Assembly (NCBI RefSeq): GCF_006345805.1
Contig: NC_043021.1
Location: 21,204,001 to 21,268,000, forward strand
Direction: 5' to 3'
Length of the DNA: 64,000 nucleotides
DNA from: Octopus sinensis
Lineage: Eukaryota
In this document: positions 26,770-40,201 of the stretch, piece after piece
Numbering within the stretch: position 1 is the stretch's first letter
How the letters are laid out: every line of letters starts with the position of its first letter
The notes under the pieces: generated by a model
Databases searched by the model: none
What the model was told of the DNA's origin: nothing
What the model saw: only the letters and a program-made list of their open reading frames with translations
Position numbers and translations under genes: made by a program

Positions 26770-27802
26770 TCTATGCAACCTTTTACTTGTGTGTGTGATG
26801 GGCTTCTGTCTATAACAAGTTTCTCTCACTTGTCATTGGTCCATCTTGGGTTGACCTATGCTGGAAGATACTTGCTCAAGGTACTGAGAAGTGAGATTGA
26901 ACCTTCAATATAGCCGTATAGCCATGTGAAAGCACATACATTTTAACTAATTCTCATGGTCAAAGTATTAAAATAACTGTGTATTTGTATAAGTATCTAA
27001 TGAATTATTATCTTCCTTTTCATTATTATTTTTCTACTTTTTATTTTTAATGAAAAAGTTAAAAATAATTATAGTTAGAAATATTTAGAAGTGAATTTTA
27101 TTAAGAAAAAAATTTATTTTTGAAACTTTTTCATTTATCTTATTATTATCATTGTTATTATAAGTTGTTGTTTTCTTTATTATTGTTGTTGTTATGACAG
27201 AATTAATTTTTATTTTTATCTCATGTCATATAAACACAGCAGTAAATTTTAATGGTTCCAGATAGCTTCTTCCTAGAAAGAATATAAAATAAAAACCAAA
27301 ATAAAAATAAAAATTTCAATTTTCTGTTGAGCAGGCTATTTTTTTTTTTCATTTTTTATTTTCTGTTCTTTTATTTGTTATTTTTTTAAAAATATATTTT
27401 TAGAAATTATTCTCTATCACATACTTATATCAAGAATTTCCCTTTGAAAACAAAGAAATGACATTTTTTTTATAAATGGAAAGTTAAATTCCAATATATA
27501 TATATATACACATCCATACACACACACACACACATCTGTGTGTGTGTGAGTGGGGAGTGGCTATGTGTATGTGCACATTATGTAATGCTTATATATATAA
27601 ATATATATATACACACATGCCCATAACACATCCATATGTACATATATTATACAAATACATACATATGTATATATACTTTTCATCAACATCCTGTTCATTT
27701 ATGTATATTCTAGCTTGTGTGTGTACGTGTGTGTGTCCTTAATTCTACTGAAATCTGTTCAGCTTTTAACATTTTACATAAGCTATTATATTATTATCAT
27801 CA

Positions 27803-27842
<40 letters not shown>

Positions 27843-28762
27843 ATAAAACTCTAAAATAACAGCAACAATAACAAAATTTAACAACAAACACAACTACACT
27901 GACAATAGGAACAATAAAAAAATTAATAATAACAATAAGAGAAATACACATAAGATGATAATAACATTAGCAACAATACAAAATATTCCAAATTTTCTCC
28001 TTATCCTCCCCATCTTTCAATCTATCCAAGATTTGTCAAAAGTAAGAATTTTTTTTTCCTTTTTCCTATTGTTGAATGGTTCTCTTTTCTTTCTTTCTTC
28101 TTTCCTTTTGTCTCTTTCACTTTCAGATCATTCACAACTTTCTTGCATCCTTCTCTTGTCTATTTTTGATAAAAGAAACAATTTGAATTTACTTAGAAAC
28201 GTTACAGCTGATGGCAAATTAGTAAAGTTGTTATAGTGTAAGATAGATGGAGACGTAAAACCTTGTGTTATTTTTTTTTCCAGTTTTCTGCACTCTGAGT
28301 TCAATATCTACTGAAATTGTCATCATTTCCATGTCCACTTTGCCATGCTTGCATGGGTCAGATGGAATTCATTGAGAAACATTTTTCTACAGCTGGATAC
28401 CCTTGCTGTTGCAAACACTTAACTTGCACCTAAGTAAGGTAATATTTCTCCATGACCAGACATGTTTCCATGAAGACTGGGAATGAATTGTCCCACTTGC
28501 ATGACAGACATTCATTTAAAACTATCATGTGATGTCAAGTCAAGGAGACAGTAACACACACACACACACACACGATGGATGTCTTTCATTTGCCAAATCC
28601 ATTTGCGAAGTTTTGCTTAACCTGGAGCTATAGTTAGAAGACACTTACCCAAGGTGCCCCTCAGTGGATCTATACTCAAGTACTCAAGACCACATGGCCC
28701 TGAGAATGGAAGCAAGTTTTTCAACCACCCAGCCATGTTTCTGTGCAGTTTCTATTGGTTAA

Positions 28763-28981
28763 CCCATTAGCATTTAAATTGAACTATCAGGCCCAAATAC
28801 TTCACCTGTTTTATGTTAAAATTGGTCAGATCCAGCCTCTCATGCCTACCCTTCAATGCCAGTCTAAAAATAGGTAATCATGTTATTGAAACCTCAAAGC
28901 CACAAGATAATGCATGATTAATTCAAAACAATGTGAATAAAGAAGTGTTACATTTCATAGTGTAATCTGAATGGTAAAGGG
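28763..28981. mobile_element. piggyBac-like MITE, family 1
   Basis: TTAA flanks at 28759-62 and 28982-85; CCC...GGG ends; similar to 33405 and 48652 copies. Confidence 0.8.
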
Positions 28982-28986
28982 TTAAC

Positions 28987-29320
28987 GAAGGCACATGGCT
29001 CAGTGGTTAGAGTGTCGAGCTTACGATTGTGAGGTTGTGAGTTCGATTCCCGGACCTGGCTGCACATTGTGTTTGAGCAAGACACTTTATTTTGACGTTG
29101 CTCCAGTTAACTCAGCTGTAGAAATGAGTTGCGACATCACTGATGCCAAGCTGTATCAGCCCCTTTGCCTTTCCCTTAGATAACATCAGTGGTGTGGAGA
29201 GGGGACACTGGTATGCATGGGTGATTGCTGGCCTTCTACAAACAACCTTGCCCGGACTTGTGCCTTGGAGGGTAACTTTCTAGGTGCAATCCCATGGTCA
29301 TTCATGACCGAAGGGGGTCT
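28987..29320 (+). mobile_element. SINE family E
   Basis: Similar to 25250 copy; TSD taaagggttaa. Confidence 0.85.
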
Positions 29321-29612
29321 CCTTCTAAAGGGTTAAAATGAGACTAAGGTAGAAGACATTTGACCAATGTGGTGAGCTGTGGGATCAAACCAGAGGTCAT
29401 ATAGTTATGAAACCACGACTGTTGGATATTTCATAACCTTTACACACTCACATGTCTTCCAAATTTCATTCATGAGAGAGTGCCTCGGAACAATCTCAGT
29501 TCAGTGACTGAAACAATAATGATTTCAAATTTTGACACTTGGCCAGCAATTTCAGAGGAGGTGGGTAAGTCGATTACATCGACCCTAGTGTTCAACTGGT
29601 ACTTATTTTACT

Positions 29613-29840
29613 GAAGGCGGTGAGCTGGCAGACACGTTAGCGCGCCGGGCGAAGTGCTTAGCGGTATTTCGTCTGCCGTTATGTTCTAAGTTCAAATTCC
29701 GCCGAGGTCGACTTTGCCTTTAATCCTTTCGGGGTCGATTAAATAAGTACCAGTTACGCACTGGGGTCAATGTAATCGACTTAATCCGTTTGTCTGTCCC
29801 CTCTGTAGTTAGCCCCTTGTGGGTAGTAAAGAAATAGGTA
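29613..29840 (+). mobile_element. SINE family C with 13-bp TSD
   Basis: TSD ggtacttatttta at 29598-29610 and 29837-29849. Confidence 0.85.
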
Positions 29841-30641
29841 CTTATTTTATTGACCCCGAAAGGGTGAAAGACAAAATTGACCTCGGTGCAATTTGAATTT
29901 AGAACGTGAAGACGGACAAAATGCTGCTAAACATTTTGTCCAGCATGCTAACAATTCTGCCTGCTCGCTGCCAATTGAAACAACAATGTGTGTGTGTGTG
30001 TGTGTGTGTTGGAGTAGGTCTGTAGAAGAAAAACTAAAGATAGTCAAATCAGGATGAAGTGAAGAACTTAATGCTAATGAAAGATTCGGATGATAGTCAG
30101 AAAAACTTGAATAATTAGATTTGTTGTCTTAAATGTAGAGATGGTTTGAATCCAGAACTATTTGTTATTTGTAATGTTATATTCTGTAAACACACATACA
30201 TACGTGTGAAAAAGAATACAGACAAACCCACACAAATGCACACACACACACACGCACACACACACACACACATATATATATACAAGTGCACACGCACACA
30301 TGTGCATACAGGCAAGTGTGCACAGTGATAAATGTACAAATACATCTGATAATAAACCTTTTGTTAACATATATGTATATCCTGTAGGCAATGTTACAAT
30401 GTCCGTCCTCCTCCTTCTCCTCCTCTGCCAGAGGAGGATAGATGTGAGCAGTGTTCCATGTTGATAGGTCACTGTGGCGGCTAATGAATTTACATTTGCT
30501 TATTGAGGTGGTCAAAAGTTGGTGATGTCATTTTCTTGTAGAAGTTTGTATATCTGTACAGTTTAATAGCAGATACAGTGTTTGAATACAAGTGATGTTA
30601 CACCTTTGTTCTGTCTCTTATATTGCTTGTATGTATGTATG

Positions 30642-30677
<36 letters not shown>

Positions 30678-31093
30678 CTCTTTTTCTTTTACTCTTTTAT
30701 TTGTTTCAGTCATTTGACTGCGACCATGCTGGAGCACCGCCTTTAGTTGAGCAAATCGACCCCGGGACTTATTCTTTGTAAGCCCAGTACCTATTCTATT
30801 GGTCTCTTTTGCCGAACTAAGTGACGGGGACGTAAACACACCAGCATCGGTTGTCAAGCAATGCTAGGGGGACAAACACAGACACAAAAACATATACACA
30901 CACACACACACATATATATATACATATATACGACAGGCTTCTTTCAGTTTCCGTCTACCAAATCCACTCACAAGGCATTGGTCGGCCCGAGGCTATAGCA
31001 GAAGACACTTACACAAGATGGCATGCAGTGGAATTGAACCCGGAACCATGTGGTTGGTAAGCAAGCTACTTACCACACAACCACTCCTGTGCT

Positions 31094-31095
<2 letters not shown>
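30678..31095 (-). mobile_element. SINE family A
   Basis: Full-length reverse copy. Confidence 0.9.
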
Positions 31096-31139
<44 letters not shown>

Positions 31140-31141
31140 TT

Positions 31142-31357
31142 CAGTAATCCCTCGACTATCATGGGTGTTACGTTCCAAAACCCTCAACAATAGTAAAAAT
31201 CCACAAAGTAGAAACAGTACTGTATATTTTTTAAAATTATTTTTATAATTTGTATAGATTTATTTTATTATAAATGCAAAACAACACCATAAAGGAATCA
31301 ATGAACAATCATAGGTGAACTGCAATAGGTGAATCGTGGTATGGTGAGGGATTACTC
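31142..31357. mobile_element. Tigger/pogo-type MITE
   Basis: Termini cagtaatccctc / gagggattact, TA-rich flanks. Confidence 0.65.
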
Positions 31358-31359
31358 TA

Positions 31360-31745
31360 TATATAATATATGTGTGTGTGTGTGTATATATATATGTATA
31401 TGTTTATATGTATATATATAATATATATATGATTGTGTATGTATGTGTGTGTATATATATATGTATATGTTTATATGTATATATATAATATATATATGAT
31501 TGTGTATGTATGTGTGTGTATATATATATGTATGTATATGTTTATATGTATATATATAATATATATATGATTGTGTATGTATGTATGTGTGTGTATATAT
31601 ATATGTATGTATATGTTTATATGTATATATATAATATATATATGATTGTGTATGTATGTATGTGTGTGTATATATATATGTATGTATATGTTTATATGTA
31701 TATATATAATATATATATGATTGTGTATGTATGTATGTATGTGTG
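31360..31745. repeat. ~60-bp minisatellite built from TA/TATG units (about 6 copies)
   Basis: Recurring tatgtttatatg...ataatatatatatgattgtgtatg. Confidence 0.9.
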
Positions 31746-31941
31746 TTTTCTATATATATGTGTGTATGTATATATGTATACATACACATGCTGGAAAATG
31801 CACAGATGTAAACATACAAAACATATGTGCACATGCATATTTTCATACATCAACACACACACACACACATATATATATTTAGCATGCACAAGTTGGCACA
31901 AACATGCATAATCATCATCATCGTTTAACGTCCATTTTCCA

Positions 31942-32168
31942 TGTCAAGCGATGTTGGGGACCAAACACACACACACAGACACACACACACACATATATAT
32001 ATACGACGGGCTTCTTTCAGTTTCTGTCTACCAAATCCCCTCACAAGGCTTTGGTCGGCCCGAGGCTATAGTGGAAGACACTTGCCCAAGGTGCCATGCA
32101 GTGGGACTGAACCCGGAACCATGTGGCTGGTAAGCAAGCTACTTACCACACAGCCACTCCTGCGCCTA
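31942..32168 (-). mobile_element. SINE family A, 5' half, abutting a family D tail
   Basis: catcatcgtttaacgtccattttccatg joins directly to tcaagcgatgttgggg. Confidence 0.8.
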
Positions 32169-32177
32169 AATATATTA

Positions 32178-32235
<58 letters not shown>

Positions 32236-33010
32236 GTATGTGTGCATATGTGTTTCTGTCATCAAACCAAACATGGCCAGCAACAGTGATATGGTACAAA
32301 GTAGATAAGCAAATCCATTTTATATAAAAGCATGTAATGTAGTATCCTAGTGTATTTCAAAAGTTGAATGAAATGTCTTCGATCATAAGTCTATGAAGAT
32401 TGACTTCAAACTGAACAGCTACAACAATGCAATTAGCAAGATCAATATGGCCATAACACCACCAACAATGCCCGCCCACCATCACAAACATCTCGATCAA
32501 TGCAACCCACATCATCATCATCACTATCAACCCACCAGCTTTGGAATCCAATTGGCTATTACAAATAACATGATATGTCAACACCTGTGTGTGAGTGTAT
32601 GAGTGCATGTGTGTGAGTGAGTATATTCGAGTGTGTGTTACTGTGTGTGTATGAGTGTGCTTGTGAGTATGTGTGTATGAGTGTGCTTGTGAGTATGTGT
32701 GCATGAGTGTATGTATGTCTTGAGTCAGAAGTGCAAGAGGCAAATTGCCTATAAAACCTGGTGACACTTCAGTTAACAGTAATGATATAGTACTTTCTCT
32801 TTCTCAGTCCTTCACATTTTCATCTCATTTTCATTGTTAAATCCATAGAAGTAAGACAGTTTTCTGCTCTCACAAAGCAAATCTTTCCTGGTCCAATTAT
32901 TTTTTACTACATTTTTGTTGTGGATAATTAATTGCTGCTGCTGTAGGATTTACCTTAAATTAAAGTTGTCTGTAAAGACACTATCAACTCGGCCTGAAGG
33001 CAGTTGTGTA

Positions 33011-33960
33011 AAAAGGAACCGTGAAGAGATTACAGTGGGTATTAAACTTGATGTTTTAAAAAAGGGATTTACGTGGGAGTAAAACTAAATTTGCCAAAAC
33101 ATTAAATCTTGCAATCTCTACAGTGGGAACAATATGTAACAACAGAGAGAAAATTATGTCAAGTGCCCAAGAAGCCACTCTGTTAATTGACAAGATCTTA
33201 TTTTCCATAGATATACTATAATGTTTAAAATGGAATGATCCTTGAATAGATGGATCGAAGATCAAAATTGGTGTAATGTGCTGATATGCATGATTGTAAT
33301 TAAAAAAGAGCCAAAAGTTTATATGGTGCTTTGCAGAGAATGGAATATGAAACTTCTCATGGAAAAACCTTTTTGGCAAGTAAAGGCTGGTTTGAAAGGT
33401 TTAACCCTTTAGTGTTTAAACTGGCCACATCCGGCCCAATATATTCCACATGTTTTATATTCAAACTGGCGATATCTAGCCTCTCACACCTAACCTACAG
33501 TGACATTCTAAAAATAAACATTCACATCATTGACACCTCAAAGCCAGAAGATAATCCATGATTAATTCAAAACAATTTGAGTGAAAAAAGTATTACATTT
33601 AACAGAATAATCTGAACACTAAAGGGTTAAGAAGCAAATGAATTTTCACAACATAAAAATGATAGGGGAACTGTGATTGCTGAAGGGGACTGCACACCAG
33701 AACAAGTATATAATATTGATGTAACTATTCTTTACTGGAAGTTCATACTGGCTAAAACATATCTTGAGAAGAAAAATCAACATCAAGATTTAAAGCTTCC
33801 AAAATTTGTTTGACACTTCTTTGGGGGTGAAGTATCAATGGTGATATGAAATTAAAGCTGTTATATGTGTATCACTCCAAAATTCTAAGGGCTTTCAAGG
33901 GTTACAAAAAATTCAATCTACCTCTGATTTGGCATTCAAATATAAAGGCATGTTTAGAAA
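33011..33960 (+). pseudogene. Decayed Tigger/pogo (CENP-B-like) transposase
   Basis: Fragments KRNREEITVGIKLDVLK, LNLAISTVGTI, FLASKGWFERF, TPEQVYNIDVTILYWK, YHSKILRAFKG...LPLIWHSN; stops and frameshifts. Confidence 0.8.
33405..33626. mobile_element. piggyBac-like MITE family 1 inserted in the Tigger transposase
   Basis: TTAA TSD at 33401-04 and 33627-30; TIR ccctttagtgtt/aacactaaaggg. Confidence 0.9.
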
Positions 33961-34156
33961 TGGTTATAAAGGTGATCATGTTGTTTGTTCTCTTTTCTTT
34001 TCTTGTGCTTCTTTTCCTTTATCTGAGAAAGTCTGTAGGAATGCAATCTCACTTGGTAATATAAAAATCATTCGAAGATTAATTTTGCATTATGGAATTC
34101 CGCGTTATGGCCAGATTTTCAGGAACACATTATTTCTGTTAAGCAAGGGATTCCTC

Positions 34157-34190
<34 letters not shown>

Positions 34191-34271
34191 CATACATGCA
34201 CAGACATACATATACATATGTATGTGTGTATATTGATAAATAAATATATATATATACACACAGGTATATGT

Positions 34272-34322
<51 letters not shown>

Positions 34323-34723
34323 ATTCACGCATGTGTCTGTGCATGCAGCTGCAGACACATATTCTTTTGGAAACCACATGAAATAATCTAGAAATCAATG
34401 GAACACAATGCTATATTGTGAGATCAAAGCAATGCACCAGCAGGTGGTTATATTAATATGAAAAAACAACTGTTTACTGTAGACCATAATTTATGTAGTG
34501 CATCTTGATAAACGTACAATTTTGTTTGATAATAAACATTTTGATGATAAATATATGTATACAATACTTTAGATACTTTCCAAGTGATTCAGAAGTCCCT
34601 TCAGCATTTAAATAATACATAAATTTTTTTATTGCTTTTTTATTAGTTTTGTTTTTATATATTCAATATTATCTTTGCTATATTTTTAATATCTTTTGAT
34701 ATATCATTATTGCCATAATATAT

Positions 34724-35136
34724 ATAGGCGCAGGAGTGGCTGTGTGGTAAGTAGCTTGCTACCAACCACATGGTTCCGGGTTCAGTCCCACTGCGTGGCA
34801 TCTTGGGCAAATGTTCTTCTGCTATAGCCCCGGGCCGACCAATGCCTTGTGAGTGGATTTGGTAGACGGAAACTGAAAGAAGCCTGTCGTATATATGTAT
34901 ATATATATATATATATATGTGCGTGTGTTTGTGTGTCTGTGTTTGTCCCCTAGCATTGCTTGACAACTGATGCTGGTGTGTTTACGTCCCCGTAACTTAG
35001 CGGTTCGGCAAAAGAGACTGATAGGATAAGTACTGGGCTTACAAAGAATAAGTCCCGGGTTGATTTGCTCAACTAAAGGCGGTGCTCCAGCATGGCCGCA
35101 GTCAAATGACTGAAACAAGTAAAAGACTAAAAGAGT
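34724..35136 (+). mobile_element. SINE family A
   Basis: Full-length copy. Confidence 0.9.
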
Positions 35137-35506
35137 ATACATATATATAGCGTGAGAGAGAGAGGAGGGAGAGGATGTTTATTATTCTGAAAGGGTCATA
35201 ATGTATTACTAATCCTGTCCATTTATATTTGGGCATATGTGGTTCAAGTGCTCAGGTCGGTCTGGATGGGTGGTCAGTATTGTGAATACCAGGCAAATGG
35301 CCAGCTGTTATGCTATCCTTGAGGTGTGGCAGTCATCATAAGTCTGTGTGTGTGGTCAGGTTGAGGGGTAATGAAGGCATTGTGGTGGTGGATGAAATCT
35401 GTGGTGAGCTAGAAAGCGCAGAGAGAGAAAAGATGATACAAACAAGATGTAGTTCAACTGTCTTGGTTGTTAAACAGTTTATTTTAATGTTGAAGTGGCT
35501 TTTGAG

Positions 35507-35715
35507 TCTATCTATCTATCTGCTTAGTCGAAGTTGACTCTTGGTTACTCCATGGATCAGTGTCCTCCAGTCAGTTCTATCCTGGGCCGCTTCTTTCAGA
35601 CTTGCTATGTCCATTCCGGTATCACTCTTGATGGTGTCAAGCCAGCAGGTTCTTGGTTGGCCTCTTCCTCTCTTGCCTCTGACCATTCCAAGCATGATGG
35701 CTTTTGAGTCACTCT
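35507..35715 (-). mobile_element. RTE-BovB-like LINE 3' end
   Basis: MLGMVRGKRGRGQPRTCWLDTIKSDTG...AAQDRTDWRTLIHGVTKSQLRL followed by a (GATA)n tail. Confidence 0.75.
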
Positions 35716-35829
35716 GTATATATATCTGTATACTTTCATTCATCCATCCACCTTCTCTGCCTTCTTCTTTGGGGGGGGGGGGGGTGCAGCAGGCACCTCC
35801 TCTAGAGTATCCTACCAGAAGCAACCATC

Positions 35830-36060
35830 ACTTTCTGGTTGGTTTCTGAAGTGTGAGCAACTGAGACTATGGCTATTATGCAATGATCTTATCCTTGAGC
35901 TACCCCTAGGTCTCCTGCCAGTTGGCTCAGCTTGAAGAATCTGTTTTGCAATTCTTGATATTCTAATCACTTGTCCATAGCAGTGGAGCTGTGGCAGCTC
36001 AATGCAGAGAAGTAGAGGCTTAACCTGGAGAGACTTTCTCATCTCTGAGCTACACACCCT
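35830..36060 (-). mobile_element. Degraded RTE-clade LINE C-terminal fragment
   Basis: LQVKPLLLCIELPQLHCYGQVIRISRIAKQILQAEPTGRRPRG. Confidence 0.65.
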
Positions 36061-36148
36061 GTTGAGTAACCCCATTTTGAGTAACCCTGTTGAGGAACCC
36101 CGTTTTAGCCACTTCCATTTGTGATCATACACTTTTGCTAAATTATCC

Positions 36149-36381
36149 TATTTCATTACTACCCACAAGGGGCTAAACACAGAGAGGACAAACAAGGACA
36201 GACAAACGGATTAAGTCGATTACATCGACTCCAGTGCATAACTGGTACTTAATTTATCGACCCCGAAAGGATGAAAGGCAAAGTCGACCTCGGCAGAATT
36301 TGAACTCAGAACGTAATGCAGACGAAATACCGCTAAGCATTTCGCCCGACGTGCTAACGATTCTGCCAGCTCGCCGCCTTC
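36149..36381 (-). mobile_element. SINE family C with 11-bp TSD
   Basis: TSD ctaaattatcc at 36138-36148 and 36396-36406. Confidence 0.8.
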
Positions 36382-36399
36382 AACCAGCTCGCTGCCTAA

Positions 36400-36770
36400 A
36401 TTATCCAACAGCCATAACTGTAGATAGGGAAAGGCATGCAAACTGGATTGAAGATAGTGAGTTTGGCATTTTTACCAACCTATGCTCTTTTGAGGGTATA
36501 CATACATATATACATAAATACACGAGAAAGAGTAATCTATGGACCACTGATAAGGAGTTTACAAATCCAGTACCCAAGATACACTTTCAGCTTCATATCT
36601 ATTATTATTGGAGCAACAGGATGTATACCAACCTATCTGGAGCAAAGTATGGCTGAACTTTGGATGTTGGGGAGAGAAAGCAAATCCTTAATTTACATGC
36701 GACAAAGGATCGTGATATTTGAGACTATAAAAATCTGCAAGACCTTAATATTTAAAGAATGCTGGCTAAG
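36400..36770 (+). mobile_element. Decayed restriction-like-endonuclease (RLE) LINE C-terminus
   Basis: ERVIYGPLIRSLQIQYPRYTFSFISIIIGATGCIPT...ETIKICKTL matches the pattern at the end of R2/R4/NeSL-type RLE domains (from recall). Confidence 0.6.
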
Positions 36771-37109
36771 CGATGATACTTTCCTTCACAAGCTTGCTAC
36801 CAAGTAGGTGGCTGGTCAAAATTTACTCTAAAATTAAAAAGAGAAAGGGAACATACATACATATGACCTGTTGCATGTAGCATTCAAAATAAAACGCTAA
36901 TACCACTGAATATTGATTTAGTGAAGTAAAATGTTGATTTAGCGATACAAACATCATATCTGCTCTGATACATGGGCATAACAATAAAAGAATGAATGTC
37001 AGTGTGATATTTAAACAACCATGTGACCTGAACGAACCAATAGGGCCTAAATACTCTCACCAAAAAAAAACATTTTAATTTCTTTTTAAAATTGTCTTTA
37101 ATGATTTAA

Positions 37110-37474
37110 AGTGGTTAGGGCAGCAGACTCGCGGTCATAGGATCGCGGTTTCGATTCCCAGACTGGGCGTTGTGAGTGTTTATTGAGCGAAAGCACCTAA
37201 AAGCTCCATGAGGCTCCGGCAGGGGATGGTGGGGATCCCTGCTGTACACTTTCACCACAACTTTCTCTCACTCTTACTTCCTGTTTCTGTTGTACCTGTA
37301 TTTCAAAGGGCCGGCCTTGTCACTCTGTGTCACGCTGAATATCCCCGAGAACTACGTTAAGGGTACACGTGTCTGTGGAGTGCTCACCCACTTACACGTT
37401 AATTTTACGAGCAGGCTGTTCCGTTGATTCGGATCAACCGGAACCCTCGTCGTCGTAACCGACGGAGTGCTTCC
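37110..37474 (+). mobile_element. SINE family B, slightly 5'-truncated
   Basis: Near-identical to the 12038, 49212 and 52911 copies. Confidence 0.9.
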
Positions 37475-38264
37475 CCCACATGCTCTATGCCCATGAAATT
37501 TTTATGTGGAGCTGAGTCAAACTGTTATTAAATACGTATCTCTCCAACCAAATGTATTGGGGGCTACTTTGTTTTGTTTATTCACTCATTCATATTACTG
37601 CTTCAACCCCTAAGGAACTCCACCAAACAAAGGAGGGATAAGCAGTTGAATATGTTGAGACAACTATTTCTATATTCTTTGTGGAAACTCATCCAGGTCA
37701 TTGGTCTGGTTGTTGGTGTTGTTGCTTTGCCCAGATTAACCCTGTTAGAGTAAGCCTATGACCAAAGGCATTCCAGCCACGACCATCCTATCTCTTTAGA
37801 AGTAAGTTAAGGGCTACTTTATCGAATATGTCCTTTCCTTATGTAGGATGGCAAGGTGTGATTTGAGGAAGATTTAGGTGGTATTTCTAGCAGGTCATGA
37901 TATATTTGTTTTGCCATTGCAAAATAGCATAAATGAAAAATACATTATCATCATTTAATACCTGTTTTCCATGCTGACATGAATTGGATGTACTAAGCCT
38001 CAGTGTCTGCTTTGGTATGTTTTCTATTACTGGGTGCCCTTTCTGAAGCTAATCCCTTTACAGAATGTACTGGGTGCTTTTTATGTGACACCAGCACTAG
38101 TGAGGTCATCTACTATCTTGCATGATAAGACCCACAATTGAAGGAGGGGATTTTATTCCAGGTGATGATATAGGGACAAGAACTGATGTTTTGTTGTAGC
38201 GAAAAATACATGGCTACCCCCCTCAAAGACATATCATCTCGAAAGAGTCCAGAATCTGCTACCT

Positions 38265-38692
38265 GCATGGTTCTTGGTCTCAAGCATTTGTCTTATGAAG
38301 AAAGGCTGAAGACGCTCGACCTTTATTCTCTAGAAAAACGCTGCCGCCATGGTGATCTCATTCTCGCTCACAACATCATAAGTGGAAAGTGTAACCTCTT
38401 GAAAGAGCTGTTCTTCACTCCTGATCCAGAGCGTCGGCTGCGGGGTCACTCCGAAAAGCTCTATCTGCGACGACTTCATCTCAATCTCCGTCCGGGTTGC
38501 GGATCCGTGGAATAAGCTGCCGGATGAGATAGTGAAGATGCCGACAACCGCTTGGTTCAAGGTCTCTCTTGACCAGAAATGGCCTGAACTCTTTGCATGA
38601 ACACCACCCTGTACATAACTCCATGTCCCCCTACATGGCCTTGCTTTTGTTTTTTGAGCCAAAAAATTAACTTAACTTAACTAACTTAACTT
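38265..38692 (+). mobile_element. CR1-like LINE 3' end
   Basis: MVLGLKHLSYEERLKTLDLYSLEKRCRHGDLI...LRGHSEKL...DPWNKLP; (AACTT)n tail. Confidence 0.85.
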
Positions 38693-39760
38693 ATGTGTTG
38701 GGGCATACCTTCAGGTGACATAAAAAAATGCAAAAAAATCTATAGAATTATAAAAAAAAAACACTTAAAAAAATAAAAATAAAAAGGGAAATTCTAAAAA
38801 AATAGGAGATAGAAGTAAAAAATGGAAAACTGAAAATTATTAAAGTGACGGAAATGGTTATTAATCATCTACCTTTGACAGAATCCAGCTGTGTATTTTA
38901 ATGTTATTTTGTTTCAGTAATGACAGTGTTTGTTCAACATTATATATTAAATCATTTTAATTATTATTCAGATTTTTATTTATTATTTTTTTGTGAGGGG
39001 GCCATATTTTAAAAATAAAATTATGTAATTAAATGAAATTCCTAATAATTTCAGTTTTAAATACGATTATAATTCTAGATAGTGTCATTTAATGTGTTCG
39101 GTGATATTTACGAGAAATCTGAGACCAGAGAGCAAATAGCATGGTGCCACTATTACCATTTTTTTTCTGGGGTTGATTTAATCATCAATAATCTTTCCCA
39201 GCTCTTGAATTTGTAGCCTTGTACCAATGTTTAATAATCAATAAAATTATGAGAGTATCACGTTATTATTGATTTGGGAAAAATGTTTATGAAAGATTTT
39301 TTTTTTACACTTAAAAAATTGAATCTTGAAAGGTCTAATTAATCACATTCTTAATTCATTTAAATTATTCAAACTTTGAAAGTTTAATGATATTTAATGA
39401 TAAAACTACAATTTATCTGTCTGTTTGTCAAAAAGAGGAAACATAGAATTTGTTCAAAGTGCGATGATGTCTCAGATCTTAATTTAGCTGAGTAGTTTCT
39501 TAAGAGTTTTATTCTTTCAGTTATATAAATTGTTTATTTTCTAAACGACACTGTATATACAGTTAAGTTACACCATCTCTGTCTAAAGCCTATTTTCCAT
39601 GCTGGATGTACTGGATGCTTTTTATGGGGCACTGACACAACTGAGGTTACCAAGCAACTTGCAAGATAAGACCCTTAGTTGAGGAGGTGGGGTATAATAT
39701 GGAGGGAGATGGCTTTATGCCAGATGAGGAAAAGGTTAAAGTATGATAGGACAGAGACAG

Positions 39761-39791
<31 letters not shown>

Positions 39792-40155
39792 ATTTCAGCA
39801 GATCTCAATGACATTGTATATACAGTTAAGTTATACCATCAATGTTTAATATCTGTTTTCCATGCTGGCATGGGTTGAATGGTTTGACAGGAGCTGGTGA
39901 GCCAGAGGATTGTGTCAAGCTCCAACGTCTGCTTTGGAATTCCTAATGCCAACAATTCAACAGGGTACTGGGTGCCTTTTTATGTGGCACTGGCACTAGT
40001 GACATCAAATAACTTGCAAGACAATGGAGAGGGTGGGTTGTTATATTAAGAGAGGTGGCTTTATGCTAGATAATGAAAGGTTAAAGTATTATTAACCAGA
40101 AATGTGTGTGTGTGTGTGTGTGTGTGTTGTGTGTGGTGTGTTGTCGGTGTGTATA

Positions 40156-40193
<38 letters not shown>

Positions 40194-40201
40194 TATATAT
40201 A

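Noticed and set aside
27955-28236. ORF containing a GTAAGA...TTTCAG intron-like segment
   Set aside because: Spliced products are unrecognisable and the pyrimidine tract is low-complexity
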